Shown here: positions 1 through 11,200 of the stretch, one piece after another
How the letters are laid out: each line of letters opens with the position of its first letter
Position numbering within the stretch: position 1 is the stretch's first letter
Assembly: GCA_002633005.1 (NCBI GenBank)
Contig: NMRA01000134.1
Location: 1-64,000, forward strand
DNA: 64,000 nt
Reading direction: 5' to 3'
Source: Phoronis australis
Lineage: Eukaryota; Animalia; Phoronida
The notes under the pieces: model-generated
The model's input: only the letters and a program-made list of their open reading frames with translations
Database searches by the model: none
What the model was told of the DNA's origin: nothing
Made by a program: the position numbers and the translations under genes

Positions 1-97
1 CCCGCCTCAACACATATCTCAGAGATGAATATCATTCCATGCACGAGGTTCTTTGGTTACAGCAATTCAGCGGAAAATTTTTCGAGATGCCATCCAG
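1..97 (+). CDS. ERGIC2: 3' part of an internal exon of endoplasmic reticulum-Golgi intermediate compartment protein 2 (exon starts upstream of the window)
   Basis: Frame 3 (3-97) reads RLNTYLRDEYHSMHEVLWLQQFSGKFFEMPS(R) and ends at CCAG|GTAACC (phase 2). This matches from memory the invertebrate ERGIC2 segment N.YLREEYH..HELLW....EMP.R that precedes ACRIHG, and the human gene has, as I recall, a phase-2 intron in the equivalent Arg codon. Absent from the ORF track because it has no start codon. Confidence 0.82.
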
Positions 98-544
98 GTA
101 ACCTGTGAGCCATTGCTGAGGCGTTCTCTTTGTAATGTACATTTGTTTGTTGTATTCACAAATAGCAAAAACTTGTGCGCATGATAACACTCAATGACAT
201 TTTAACCAATTGTGCAAAATTGAACAATCCCCATCAGTTATGTCCTCTTTAGTAGCTGGTCATCTAATTGAATCTTAATAGATGATAACCTAATGTTTAC
301 TGTGCTCCTCATATCAACTGCTCAGTTGTGTTTACTTCTAAAGAAGGTAATGTTTTCTCGGTATTGTTACATTCAGGAAAGTAATTGTCATCATATATAA
401 CATGCGTCATTATCCTACTAGAAAAAAGGTGGAGTCAAATAGCTGTTTTGTGGATATATCCAGGGTTATGTGAAAGTGCTTAGAATAGGTCCGTGCAGCA
501 TTGTTGAGACTTACTTGCTACCATTATGGTATCTGTTCTAAAGA

Positions 545-810
545 GTACACCATCATTAGATTTCTCTGATCTCATGATGTCTGGGGGGTACACCATAATT
601 AGATCTTCTCTGATCTCATGATGTCTGGGGGGTACACCATAATTAGATCTTCTCTTATCTAATGATGTCTGGGTGTACTTTCTACCTTTAGATATAGTTT
701 CATGCAGTCTGAGGGCACACCACCTTTTGATCTTGTTTTGTCTAGTGATGTCTGAGGGTACATTACCTCTACTGGTGTCTCGTGGTTTTGTCTAGTGATG
801 TCTGAGGGTA
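545..810. repeat. 44-bp minisatellite, about 6 increasingly degenerate copies
   Basis: Unit GTACACCATAATTAGATCTTCTCTGATCTCATGATGTCTGGGGG is nearly exact at 545-675, then degenerates (TGATGTCTGAGGGTA) to 810. Confidence 0.85.
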
Positions 811-1701
811 AAAAACTTTACCGAACACTTGTTTGTTTTAGAAAAGCAAAGTAAAATATCTACTCGCCAGTTATTCTGGGATCTGTATTTGTTCATGTGC
901 ACTGTTTCAAACCAGGTTTCAGCGCACAGTTTCTCAAAAACCGTAAAATTGATCAAAAAAACGAATACACGTTGATAAGAAAATATCGGTATCAAGAACA
1001 AGATGGAATTTGCTCGCCATACCCGCGCCCAATGATACGCTGCGACAGAAGAAGAAGGATGGAAGACGAAACTTAACAACAGAAGACTAAAATTAAGATT
1101 GTAATCTAACGTTGGTCGCGTTTCATAATGCATTAGTATAAACTCCATAGGTCCACAAGCCTGAAGGCAAATTATGCGACAACTGAGATTTTTCAAAAGG
1201 TCCTATAATGTAAAATGTTCACAAATCCGACAGAAAGCAAAGCCAGATAGTTCGAAACTAATCCAAAGATCTGCGAGTCCAGACACCTGTGATTTGAAGT
1301 CATCGACAGCGGAACAGGAAGATTGTAGTGGCAGTAAACGAAAATTTAGAAATGTGAATTAATGTAACAGCAGTTCACATTGCCGAACCTTTTGAGAGGC
1401 GCCGGCGCATCCAAGAAGTAGATTTAATCACGCACGTGCGTGTATATCCCTGAACATTTTGCCTGAAATCACTGTTCATAACTGTGTGTTAGGACAGTTC
1501 GAGCTTTTAGCTTTCGGACTGATGGACTTTCGGACTAGTGTGGACCTTCAAAGTTAGGGATTTTTGGACTTGCAAGTTTTCGGGCCCATTAGTTTCGTGA
1601 CTTCATACCTGTTACTCACACTCATTCTTACTTCAATTGAGATCAAATGGGTTCATGGCTTCCAAGGGGGGTTGTCTTCGTTTCAAAATAAATTATTTTA
1701 G

Positions 1702-1844
1702 GTTTTCTAGGGGCTTGGTGTTTCGTAGAACCACCGCCGGGAATTTGACTGAGTAGTATACCATTAACATCTGACGTCGCGAGCAGTGACAGTGCACCAA
1801 ATCTGCCGCGGGATCACTAAAAGGAATGACCCCTGAGCCAAAAG
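1702..1844 (+). other. candidate exon (splice signals only)
   Basis: Acceptor TTATTTTAG|G at 1701 and donor AAAG|GTAAGG at 1844/1845. All three frames contain stops, and there is no ERGIC2 similarity. Confidence 0.25.
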
Positions 1845-3949
1845 GTAAGGTACCGTTCAGTTGTAAGCATCCTACAACTAACACCTTTCAACTGCATGTG
1901 TGTTCTATGAGCCATCAAAATTTTACTGAACACTAAATTGATTTGGAAAAGCGACTTGAAAAATCTACTGGCTAGTAATTCAGGCCTCTGTCTTTATTCA
2001 TCTACACCGTTTCAGACCTGCTTTCAGGGCAGTCTCTAAAAACCGTACGTAACATTTAGGCAAATACAAAGCACATTGACAGTAAAACAACGGTATCAGA
2101 AAGAAAGTCGAATTTCATTTGATGAAAGTGTTACAGAAGTGATCTCAGAAACGCTAATAATGTTTTAAAATATGATAATTGCATTTTCGTTTTGTGAACA
2201 GTGTTTAAATCAGTATTTGAAAGTTTTACATAAATCCTAACGGTGTTTTCTGAGATGTGTATGGGTTATTTCTAGGGTCATATAGGTCCTGGACAAGCAG
2301 GACCGTTACCTCGCCACCACTGGCAGTGAACCAAAGATGTCCCTGAACCACGAAATCGAAATATGGGAAAAGTAAAAAAGTCCCGGAATTTGTCTCTTTC
2401 ACGAGGGCGAGCGCCACGAGATGCTGTCTTACACGATAGAGGTGTGTAACTTTTACTATACATTTTGGTTTGGCTGACACTTGCAGTTGCAGTTGTCTAG
2501 CTGTGGCAACTGCGTGGTGTCCAGATCGTTGTAATATATTTTAAGTGTTGGTTGACAAACTACCAACACAAAATGACTCTTATCTACTGGTCAGTCATTC
2601 ATATGTCCAACTTAATTCACGTACACGGTTTCACACCTGGTTTCTGGGTAGTCTCACAAAAAAAAGGAAATTTTCTCCGTCAGTTTGGGTGAAATGTGTT
2701 ATATTACTTCTCAGAGTCTTGATTGCTTTATTTTATTTCAGCGACTTTGCAATTTGTCAAACCACTGGACTTGTATATCGTTGTTAGGACGTCACAACCA
2801 GTTACAGTGCACCAAATTTCATGCAGTATGAAAACAGAATCCAAAGGTTGCATGATGTCATTTTAATAACTAGAGGTGGGGACTTCATCCTTAAAGTTGA
2901 TGGACTTGAGTTTCCTTGGATAACAACACGGTTAATAATTAATAGGTCGAAGCGAATTGTGAACTTTTTTCAAATAGTCTCCATCAGTTGTCTTGCGAAA
3001 AAGCTCGTTTCTAGTGCCAACATTCTTCAAAGCTTCAAATGACGTAAGACAATAGTGTATACTATCGGGCAACCTTTTCAACATGGACAAGGATGGACTT
3101 AGCTCACTTTTGAAAGGCTGTAAAATTGTCTGTGTAGTATCTCAGTCAATCATAATATGTATGCCCATGATCTTGTTCTGTTCTCGCCCTCACTGAGTTG
3201 ATGGTCTTTTTGAACTTCTTGAAGAATGTGGACACTATGGTTTGCTACATGAACTTGAATATCACTATCAAGAGGATACTGTTATGTTTGTGTTTTAAAA
3301 GTAAATTAACATGGTGAACCTTTAAAGGCTGTACTATAAATTGAATATTTGGTGATATCACATACTAGTTTCATAATGGATGACTGCGACATCTCACGGT
3401 AATAGAGAGAACTATATGTTCAAGAATCAATTTTCATCTCTTTCTGTGCTCCACTGCAAAGCACTCGCCAATTTATGGAATTTGAACATAATTAATAACT
3501 CGTGTCTTTATGTGTTCAAGCGTATCATAGGTTTTTCTAAATTTGAAAGTACCAGTACAGTATATATTCTAATAAAACGTATCTATGGTGATGTCATCTG
3601 GATGACATTTTGAGTGCCTATGGAATGAATGAATCCGATCTCAAGTTTCCTTCTACAAACCGTACATTTTGCGGTAATCACTGTGTCCATGTAATACGTG
3701 GATGTGCATTTTGTAATAGGTTTTTTATTTTAAAATAGTTTCAGTATTAGTTAACTTTTGTTAAATCTATCATTGTGTTTTGTGTTAAGCGTGAGCATTT
3801 TATATGGTCAAATTTTGATGCCGCATTGTTACATTTTCTCAAAGTATTTCTGCAATAAAAATTATCGTATCACTTTCTATCGAGTACCAACCAAGCAGTC
3901 GCCCGGGTACATGTTGCCACAGGCATACATGTGGGTTCAAGACGAGGTG

Positions 3950-4560
3950 ATTGCCGTCAAACGGCAACGGTAGCAGCTGCGACGACTGCGGCCGCGGCAG
4001 CGGCAACGGCGCGCGCGTGTGCTGCCTTCGGCAGCTTGGCCTGTAGGCCCGCCCGCCTGCCCACCACGTCGGTCCGCGCGTGCGCTGCCTTCGGCAGATT
4101 GTCCGAGACCCGCCCACCTGCCCGCCACGTGGGTCCTGCGTGCGCTGCCTTCGGCAGCTTGGCCGAGGAATGCCCGCCTACCTGCTACGTCGGTCCTCGC
4201 GTGAGCTCAGTGCCTTCGGCAGGTTGGCCAAGGCCCACCCGTCTGCCTACCACGTGGGTCCCCGTCGGCGCCTCCTTCGGCGGCTCGGCCGAGGCCAGCC
4301 TCTTGCGGTCGGTCCCCGTCGGCAGCTCGGTCAAGGCCCGTCTCTGGCCGTCGCTTCCCGTACCCACTGCCTCCGGAAGCTTGGCCAAGGCCGTCCTCCC
4401 GAACGGTCGGTCGCTTCTCGCGCTGCCCGCGGCGGTTCCGAGGCCGGGGCCCGTCTCAGCTGCCGTCGGTCCCGCCCTTGGCTTCTGCTCTCGGTAGCCG
4501 GTCTCGCCGAGTCCCCCACGGGCTTAGCCGGGGCCCGCCTCCTGCCCTCGGTCCCCGACT
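3950..4560. repeat. GC/CpG-rich degenerate tandem array (about 41-65-bp units) with CTGCC-TTC-GGCAG hairpin cores
   Basis: CTGCCTTCGGCAG is exact at 4022, 4085 and 4145, with variants near 4210, 4272, 4313 and 4367. Units also carry TTGGCC/TCGGCCGA and CACGT(G/C)GGTCC. Sharp GC contrast with the AT-rich flanks. Confidence 0.85.
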
Positions 4561-4984
4561 GCGCTATATCCCGTACTTCATTGACTTACGGGCTTCGGTC
4601 AACGGCGCAAACTAACAAGGTGCAAACTGTAGCGCAACTTAATCTGTTAAAGCACTTGAGACGGAACTACTCGAAATTCCGATAAATGTCTTCGATTTAG
4701 GACATCTTCATGGGAGGAGAAAAGGTTTGTGTCCTGAAAATGTAACATGGGTTATTTGTGCTATGAACGTGTTTCTTTTAACGCTACGCGCCTCGGATTC
4801 GCTCGAATTCTAAACCCCCTTTACTGAAAACGTAGATCTGCCACTGATTTTCACATTGTGAGTTTGTAAAATTCAGCAAAGAAACATATCACTGCAACCA
4901 CGATACAAGAGAAACTTATTCTTCAATCACTTATAAGCAGAACTTGAAGAAATTGGGAGGAATTTGTTGTGGTAAAGAGCTACC

Positions 4985-5116
4985 TAGAATGTTATGACAT
5001 AAAGCTACAGTGTTCATAAATTTATTATCGGACCGAGCGAAAAAGTTCATATGTTTATTGTGGCAAAGAGCTACAATGTTCATATATTTATTATCGCACA
5101 GAGCTGCAATGTTCAC
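4985..5116. repeat. 33-bp degenerate minisatellite, 4 copies
   Basis: Unit about GAGCTACAATGTTCATATATTTATTATCGCACA; it produces the 11-aa periodicity of minus-strand ORF 4931..5116. Confidence 0.75.
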
Positions 5117-5743
5117 AATTTATCAGAACCACAGACTGAGAAGGAAGGGACGGACCTGGGTTGTCCATTAACAAGTTGCAGCTTGATCACTACGGTAGAT
5201 TAAACAAGTACAAAGAAGCTTTGTATTGCAAATAAAGACAGCAGCCATTCCATCAATCTACTCTTCACATAAGATTTAATGTGTAACCAGTCTATAATAG
5301 CAGAGCACACTTTAGGGCCATTATTGAAGCTTATTGTCTATTGATTTATTTCTTAATGTTGATCCTAGTCATTGGCCACCTAATTGTTGTTTCGTTAACT
5401 TATTGTCCAAGTCAACGAGCCATTCTTCTGGACAGTGGGCAGTCCACATCCCGCCATAGCATTAACCCCTAATCCTGTCTAAAGTATAAGGTTAATCCCT
5501 TCTGTTTTGGCTATTCTTTAATGTTGATGAAGCTCGTGAAAATCCACGGAACATTCACAGAACATTCAATGGCTCGAGACAATGACTTCTGTATTCATAG
5601 GCCTCATAGGAAAGTGCATGTTAGTTTTTCCGGTGACACATGCTTTTAATTTGGCACAGAACTGACAAACCGTTGATGCATCTTACATTCACAAGGTATG
5701 TAGTCTTGACTTGCAGATCAGAAAATATATTACACTTACATTG

Positions 5744-5888
5744 GCACCATAGGAGGCTAGCGGGGGGGGGCTATAGCCCCCTTTTTTCAGTGCTGCGCCG
5801 CCCATGGTCGAGTATGTGCGGTGCACCATAGGGGGGCCGGGGGCCGTTATCATAGCCTCCCACTTTTTCCAGTGCTGTGCCGCCCATG
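5744..5888. repeat. two direct copies of a 63-66-bp GC-rich MITE-like module
   Basis: GCACCATAGG...CAGTGCTG(C/T)GCCGCCCATG at 5744-5806 and 5823-5888. Imperfect inverted ends CATAGG/CCCATG and an internal palindrome GGGGGCTATAGCCCCC in copy 1. Confidence 0.65.
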
Positions 5889-7258
5889 ATTTAGTTTTAG
5901 CCAGTGACAACGAACAAACAGCGGGGACAAACCCAATGAAACTTGTGATACAAGAAGAATAAAGTTGAGAAAGAGATACTATTTATATGAATAAATAGAC
6001 GTAAGTACGCATACTCGAAGATGAGTGATGTATGTTGTCATTTGAAATAATTAATTAACGATAGTTGCGACTAAAAATCGAATAAAATGCCAAAATAGCT
6101 GTAGTCAGGCTCAACGAAGACAAAATAATGAAATCCTTTATTTTTGGTTTGTATTACACATGTAAAGCAATGTAGACAGCCCAGAGTTTAAGAAATGTTG
6201 TTTTCGGTTTAATGACTTCATCTTACGAGTAATTAGAATCAAATTATGTGTAAATGCTAACAAACCACCATTGGCGAATAGAACTTTTAAAGCTCAAATA
6301 ACGGGATTGAACTAACTGTATAGGCTTCTCATGATAAGCACAACTCTGTCATCTACTTTAAGGTTGGGTGTGGTGGAGGTAGATCAGTCGCGTGATGAGC
6401 GCTCGCATATTTGTTTTTTAAAAGGAAAATCAACCATAAGGTCTCCCTTCTGTTCTATGTCCATAAGATCCTGGCCCGGCGAGTTAACCAAGTGCCAACA
6501 CGACGTGTTACCGTACAGTGATGCATTCTTTGAGTTTATTCCAGTATATTTCTCAACATACGACTTTGTTTTCTTTTGATAAGAAGCATGTATTGTCTGT
6601 TGCCCATCAATTCTTTTTTGTTATTATATAAGTTCGATTGAACTGGCCCAAATGTGACGACAAACCATTGAAATAACCATTACCATATAAAGGCACTTAC
6701 AAATGCATAGCAGTAGTTTATGTAAACGTGCACTTGCTATCACAAATTCAATTTATTTACTACTAAAACGATGTTGAGTTGACTCCATTATTGCCCGCTC
6801 TGTGTTTATCTAATGTTGTTTTGATATCAAATACGTACCGGTAACACCCCGGCAGTAGGCCCTACGTTCCTTTCCTCGCTGAGCCAATACTAACACCCAA
6901 AAGGTCGTAGGCCTATTTCAAAAATCGTGAGTTTTGTAATTTTTCACAGGGGAAAATAGTAGTAGACGTTGCGAGATGATACTTTCGTCAAGAATTCTTT
7001 AACAGGTATTTTTGACGAGCTTTCGCGTTCCATGCCTCTTTAATGTTTGGTTTGTCGACCATATCACCCCCAAAGTGCCCCCAAAGAGGGCACCAACACT
7101 TCATAGCCTCACTTTGACATTCCACAAACAGACGATTTTAAAATGTAGACGCAAGGCCAAGGGCTTCAAGCTTGCAAGACTTTAAATTTCATCAGACATA
7201 CGCTCCAACATTTAGTCAACACCAGAAGTGCACATTTTAAAGGTTTTACTTGTTTTAG

Positions 7259-7433
7259 TTATGGAAGCATGTTTCTTGACAGTGTTGCCGTCTTTGAGCC
7301 ACTGAGGACTGAGCTCCTTTTTTGATGGAGTGCCTACACTTTTTTTGAAATTCATGCATGCAATGCCAATGGTATTGCAGGTACTCCTTCGGCCTTGAGG
7401 TCCCATTGTCTCCTCGTGGCTTACATGAAACTG
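7259..7433 (+). other. candidate non-coding or 5'UTR exon
   Basis: Acceptor TTTTACTTGTTTTAG| and donor ACTG|GTAAGC; only short ORFs inside. Lies downstream of a CpG-containing segment (6830-7070) with CCAAT and the donor-like ATC|GTGAGT at 6927/6928. Confidence 0.4.
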
Positions 7434-8146
7434 GTAAGCACACCTAGAAACGTACAGTGAAGGCCAACGCATTGCCTTGCTCTTTTTAGAATTATGAATA
7501 AATTTCTCTGCTTAAATAAAGCCAAGGACCTTCAAACATGAGAAGGGTATAATAACCAGAGATGTGTTAGCGTCAGGCCGTCAGTCAGACTGGGAACATT
7601 TTTTGTTGGTCTGCAGAATGTCATTCACACTGACTATGAGAGAAGACAGTATTGCAGTTTTCATTACCGAATTTCTGAGTCATATGTGAGCTTTGGAATT
7701 AGATGTTGCGTAATGCCTATCAGTATTGATGTTATTACAGACTTTCTTCTACTTGTTAGATAATATGTGTTGGGGTTATTTTTGCAATTTTGTAGTCATT
7801 ACATAAGTCACACATAGCTAAACAACCTTGGGGTTTAATCCATAAATGATGAGACCAATGTAGGGCATGCATTTAAGAGCAGGTAAAATAGAATATCCTT
7901 GCTAGCATTTGCAGTGAATCACCCTTATCTAAAACAGTTGTTCAGTGGTTATCATATAGGCCTAGTAGGCTTAGATCTTACAGTTGACCTTGGGGAGGAA
8001 ATTGATGGGTACTGATGATGTTTGGAACTACTATTTGTCAAAAAGCCTTACAGGACAAAATAAATAGTCCGACTGAGGCTCAGTGCTAACATGAACAGGA
8101 TCCACAATTAGAGCAAATTTATTTTTTTTTGTTTTACACATTTTAG

Positions 8147-8187
8147 ATGGTGTAGACAGATGGTTAATGTAGATGAGATTTTTTCAG
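8147..8187 (+). other. candidate 41-nt exon
   Basis: Long T tract then TTTTAG| acceptor, and a perfect donor CAG|GTAAGT. Confidence 0.45.
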
Positions 8188-9499
8188 GTAAGTAGGCTAA
8201 AGTTACTATTGGACTTCAGTGCCAAAGTTTCAGAAGACTGCAACTGTAGCAAATACCAGTATACCCGGTAGTTCATGTTCATAGCAGTAGACCTCTTTGT
8301 GCACTGTCTTTGCATTGGAGGTAATGATTTCGTGGACAAGTAGACATCTTTATCTGGGCGATTCCGTGAAAAGGTCAACCTGCAGACAAAAATTAAAGTT
8401 GTGGCTATACCAACATTTCACATCTCATCTGAAATCCCAGGCTCTGTAGTTTCAGGACTCATATTTGACTGTCCAATTTGTCTTTCAATTTTTTACCTAA
8501 TAGGACCCAATTTTTGGGGTCACTTAACCGTAAAAAATTAGCTTGATTTTCATTGTATTGCTAATTATTGTTATAAATAAGCTAATTATAGGTAGTTCAC
8601 AATATTATCAAAATTGTGCAATCACATGAAAGCCAAAAATAAAATTACAAAGACAGCTTTGAAATCAAGTTGTGAAGTTGCTACAGATTCAAACTAGATG
8701 CATTGAACTTTTTCAAATTCTCTCTTTAAAATTGACAAGAAGACGTTAAAAAAGTGGATGATAAGCCAATCATGCTAATCACTAAATAAAGACCAAAATC
8801 TGATAAGTTTATTCGCTCCACATATTCCTAAATCATAATCTTAAATGTAATGTAATTTAATGTCTTGTTTTCACCCTAGAAGACAGCACGGTGTTTTGAA
8901 TCAAAATGTGAATGCCAATGCAGTCAACTAAACTATGATGAACCAGTTGTCTGCTTCACACTTTGTGATAAGAAAATACTGTTGTCCTGTTACTGATACT
9001 TTTAAAATATCACATGGCCATGCATGAGAACCATCAGCCACATGGACCAGAGAATAAGTTTGTACAAGCTTAGAGCGAGTTCTAATTTGAAAAAAAATAA
9101 TTACACCATTTAAATAATAATTAACATATGTTTTTATTACAGTAATGATTAGTACTTTTTTAAATTTCATTTTAAAATTTAAGCATTTTGACTGACACAT
9201 TCACTAATTAGTTTTGAATTAGTATTTTACTTAACACATAAAAAGTTTTCCTGATAAAAACAGGTATCAAATACAAAATGATTATCACTCTCATTCCCAT
9301 ATTTATTGCTTACCATCTTCGAAGAGAAGTGAGGGTTTTAGGAGATTGTTAATACCTTTAATCAAATGTATTGAAGAGTTAAAATCCTAGAGTACACTCC
9401 CAACATAGGGCTACCCCTAATGATTTTGTGCAAAAGGCCAGTCAGTGTATTTTGATTAAAAAACATTGACCAATATACGGTGAGTTAAATACTGCAAAA

Positions 9500-10122
9500 G
9501 TTTGAATTATTCTGAATTGATATCTTGGTCACACCAAACAATTTAATACTAGAAATTCAGAGCGTACGTTTGTTACGTATGTCTGTCACACTAACTCAAC
9601 TTATTGAGCTGTATGACAAAAATTTCTTGAAAGATATCATTAAAAAAATTGGTGTGTTGCAGTTTGCAAACATTCCATTAAATCATTATATAAAACAAAA
9701 GAACTGTAACTAAATGCAGCTCATAGAAAACTAGCATTAAATTTAAAAAAAAATTTCATTTTCTCTGTGTATGTCCGTCACACCTTTTTAAATGTACTTT
9801 TCTCAGTCAGATAAAAAGATAAAAGAAAATTTGATTCATGCTTTGAAAACTATCAATGAGACTTATCAATTGATGTATTAACTTGACCTATTGTCAGTGG
9901 TGGCTGAACTGACCAATCAGAACGCAGCATTCTTGACACCTTCGTTTCCAAGCCGCCATCTTACCCGTCAAACAACACATTGCTGGGTAAAACTTATTGT
10001 TTGTTTGTTGACATTTCGCAAAAGCGCGGAGCTTGCGATAGGTCTGTTATTTTTCTAGGATAAACATTTTTTCAAAGTTAATCAAAAATTTCTGTGTACC
10101 TCCGTCACAAATGGAATTGCCC
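9500..10122. mobile_element. DNA-transposon remnant (one terminus visible)
   Basis: Repeated motif GTA(T/C).TC(C/T)GTCACA near 9577, 9769 and 10096, ending in TGGAATTGCCC. No matching left terminus found; the left boundary is approximate. Confidence 0.35.
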
Positions 10123-10399
10123 ATCTTTTTCCACCCTTGTTTAGTGTACAGTCCAATGATGCATGTACTGTTAGGTGTCAAAGGACTCCTTGGGATACTC
10201 AATTAAATTTTTAATGACGACTCAGCTGGAAAACTAGGATTCCCATCCATAGAGATTGGATTAGAAAAAGGGACCCATTTGTGGACACTTTCAATAAAAA
10301 TACTCTTTTGTGGAATTTTGATCCAGAAATAACCCCTTTTGTGGAGGTTGTTTTCATGAAACTAATCCTTTCCTGAGAAACCTCTGAAAAAGTAGCGGA

Positions 10400-11200
10400 A
10401 GAAATGGGCATTTAATGACTTTTGAGGACAGCCGTAGCCTTGAACCAGAAGACAAACAAAATGTAAGCGACACCAGGTGAAATTGAATAAAAAGTGAAAG
10501 GTGAGGTGGATGACAAAACCAAGATGTTAGATAACCCTTGATGAGTTCTCTTTACATACCAACTTAAGGTTCAGTCAAAGGATCATGGAGCTAGCTCTCT
10601 GGAACCATAATTTTAAAAATGGCCATCACAGCGTCATCTTGCGTCCAATTTCACCCAAGAACACTATTTCTAAGTCCTCGGGCTATTGAATAAATAAACA
10701 TTGTGCATAAATTTCATGTCGATCAGATGAAAAATGTGATCTCTAGCACAAATATGAAATGGTAAGAAAGTGCAGATGACTAGTCAACAAGGTCACCTGA
10801 GCAGTAAATCTTGAATATTTTGAGAATGGTTAGTCGTAGCAAGAAATGTGCTCCACAATGCTGATAGCGCTTTAAAAGGTCTATTCACATATCACATTTC
10901 AGACAGATGCGTCAAGGGATGCTGAAGGTACAGGCACAAAAATTCAATTATATGGAGATCAGTCCTTGAGAACTGAAATACCAGAGATATGGCTCCACAA
11001 ACCAAAAAAGGGAAAAATTGTGCCATCTTGTATCCGATGTTAACCGAAAACATTAGGCTTCGAGCCAGTCAGAAAACAAAACACAAGAATGTTGTGTATA
11101 AACTTCACGTTGATACAATGAGAATTGTGATGTGTTGTATGGGAACAAAGAAAGGAACAAAAAACAAATTTTATGACAAAGCTCGGATAAATTTCATTTC
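10400..11200 (-). mobile_element. fragment of the same interspersed family as the Helentron-like element at 47376-52560
   Basis: 10606-10662 (CATAATT..AAAAAT..CCATCACAGCG.CATCTTGC.TCC.ATTTCAC.CA.GAAC) matches the reverse complement of 49201-49257. Boundaries approximate. Confidence 0.55.

Noticed and set aside
3931-4685. Longest ORFs in the track (188 and 201 aa)
   Set aside because: Overlapping open frames on both strands are expected in very GC-rich repeats. The peptides are low-complexity, have no recognisable domain, and unit spacing breaks frame.
6385-6620. About 78-codon open frame on the minus strand
   Set aside because: Bounded by stops, with no clear splice sites or recognisable homology.
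7269-7433. In-frame TGA in MFLDSVAVFEPLRTELLF*WSAYTFF... as selenocysteine, or TTT-TGA as an antizyme-type frameshift
   Set aside because: No selenoprotein or antizyme similarity, no SECIS recognised, and both the readthrough and +1 frames terminate soon after.
8935-8996. ATGATGA...CTGA box C/D-like pair
   Set aside because: No terminal stem, no recognisable guide, and it lies in a putative exon rather than an intron.
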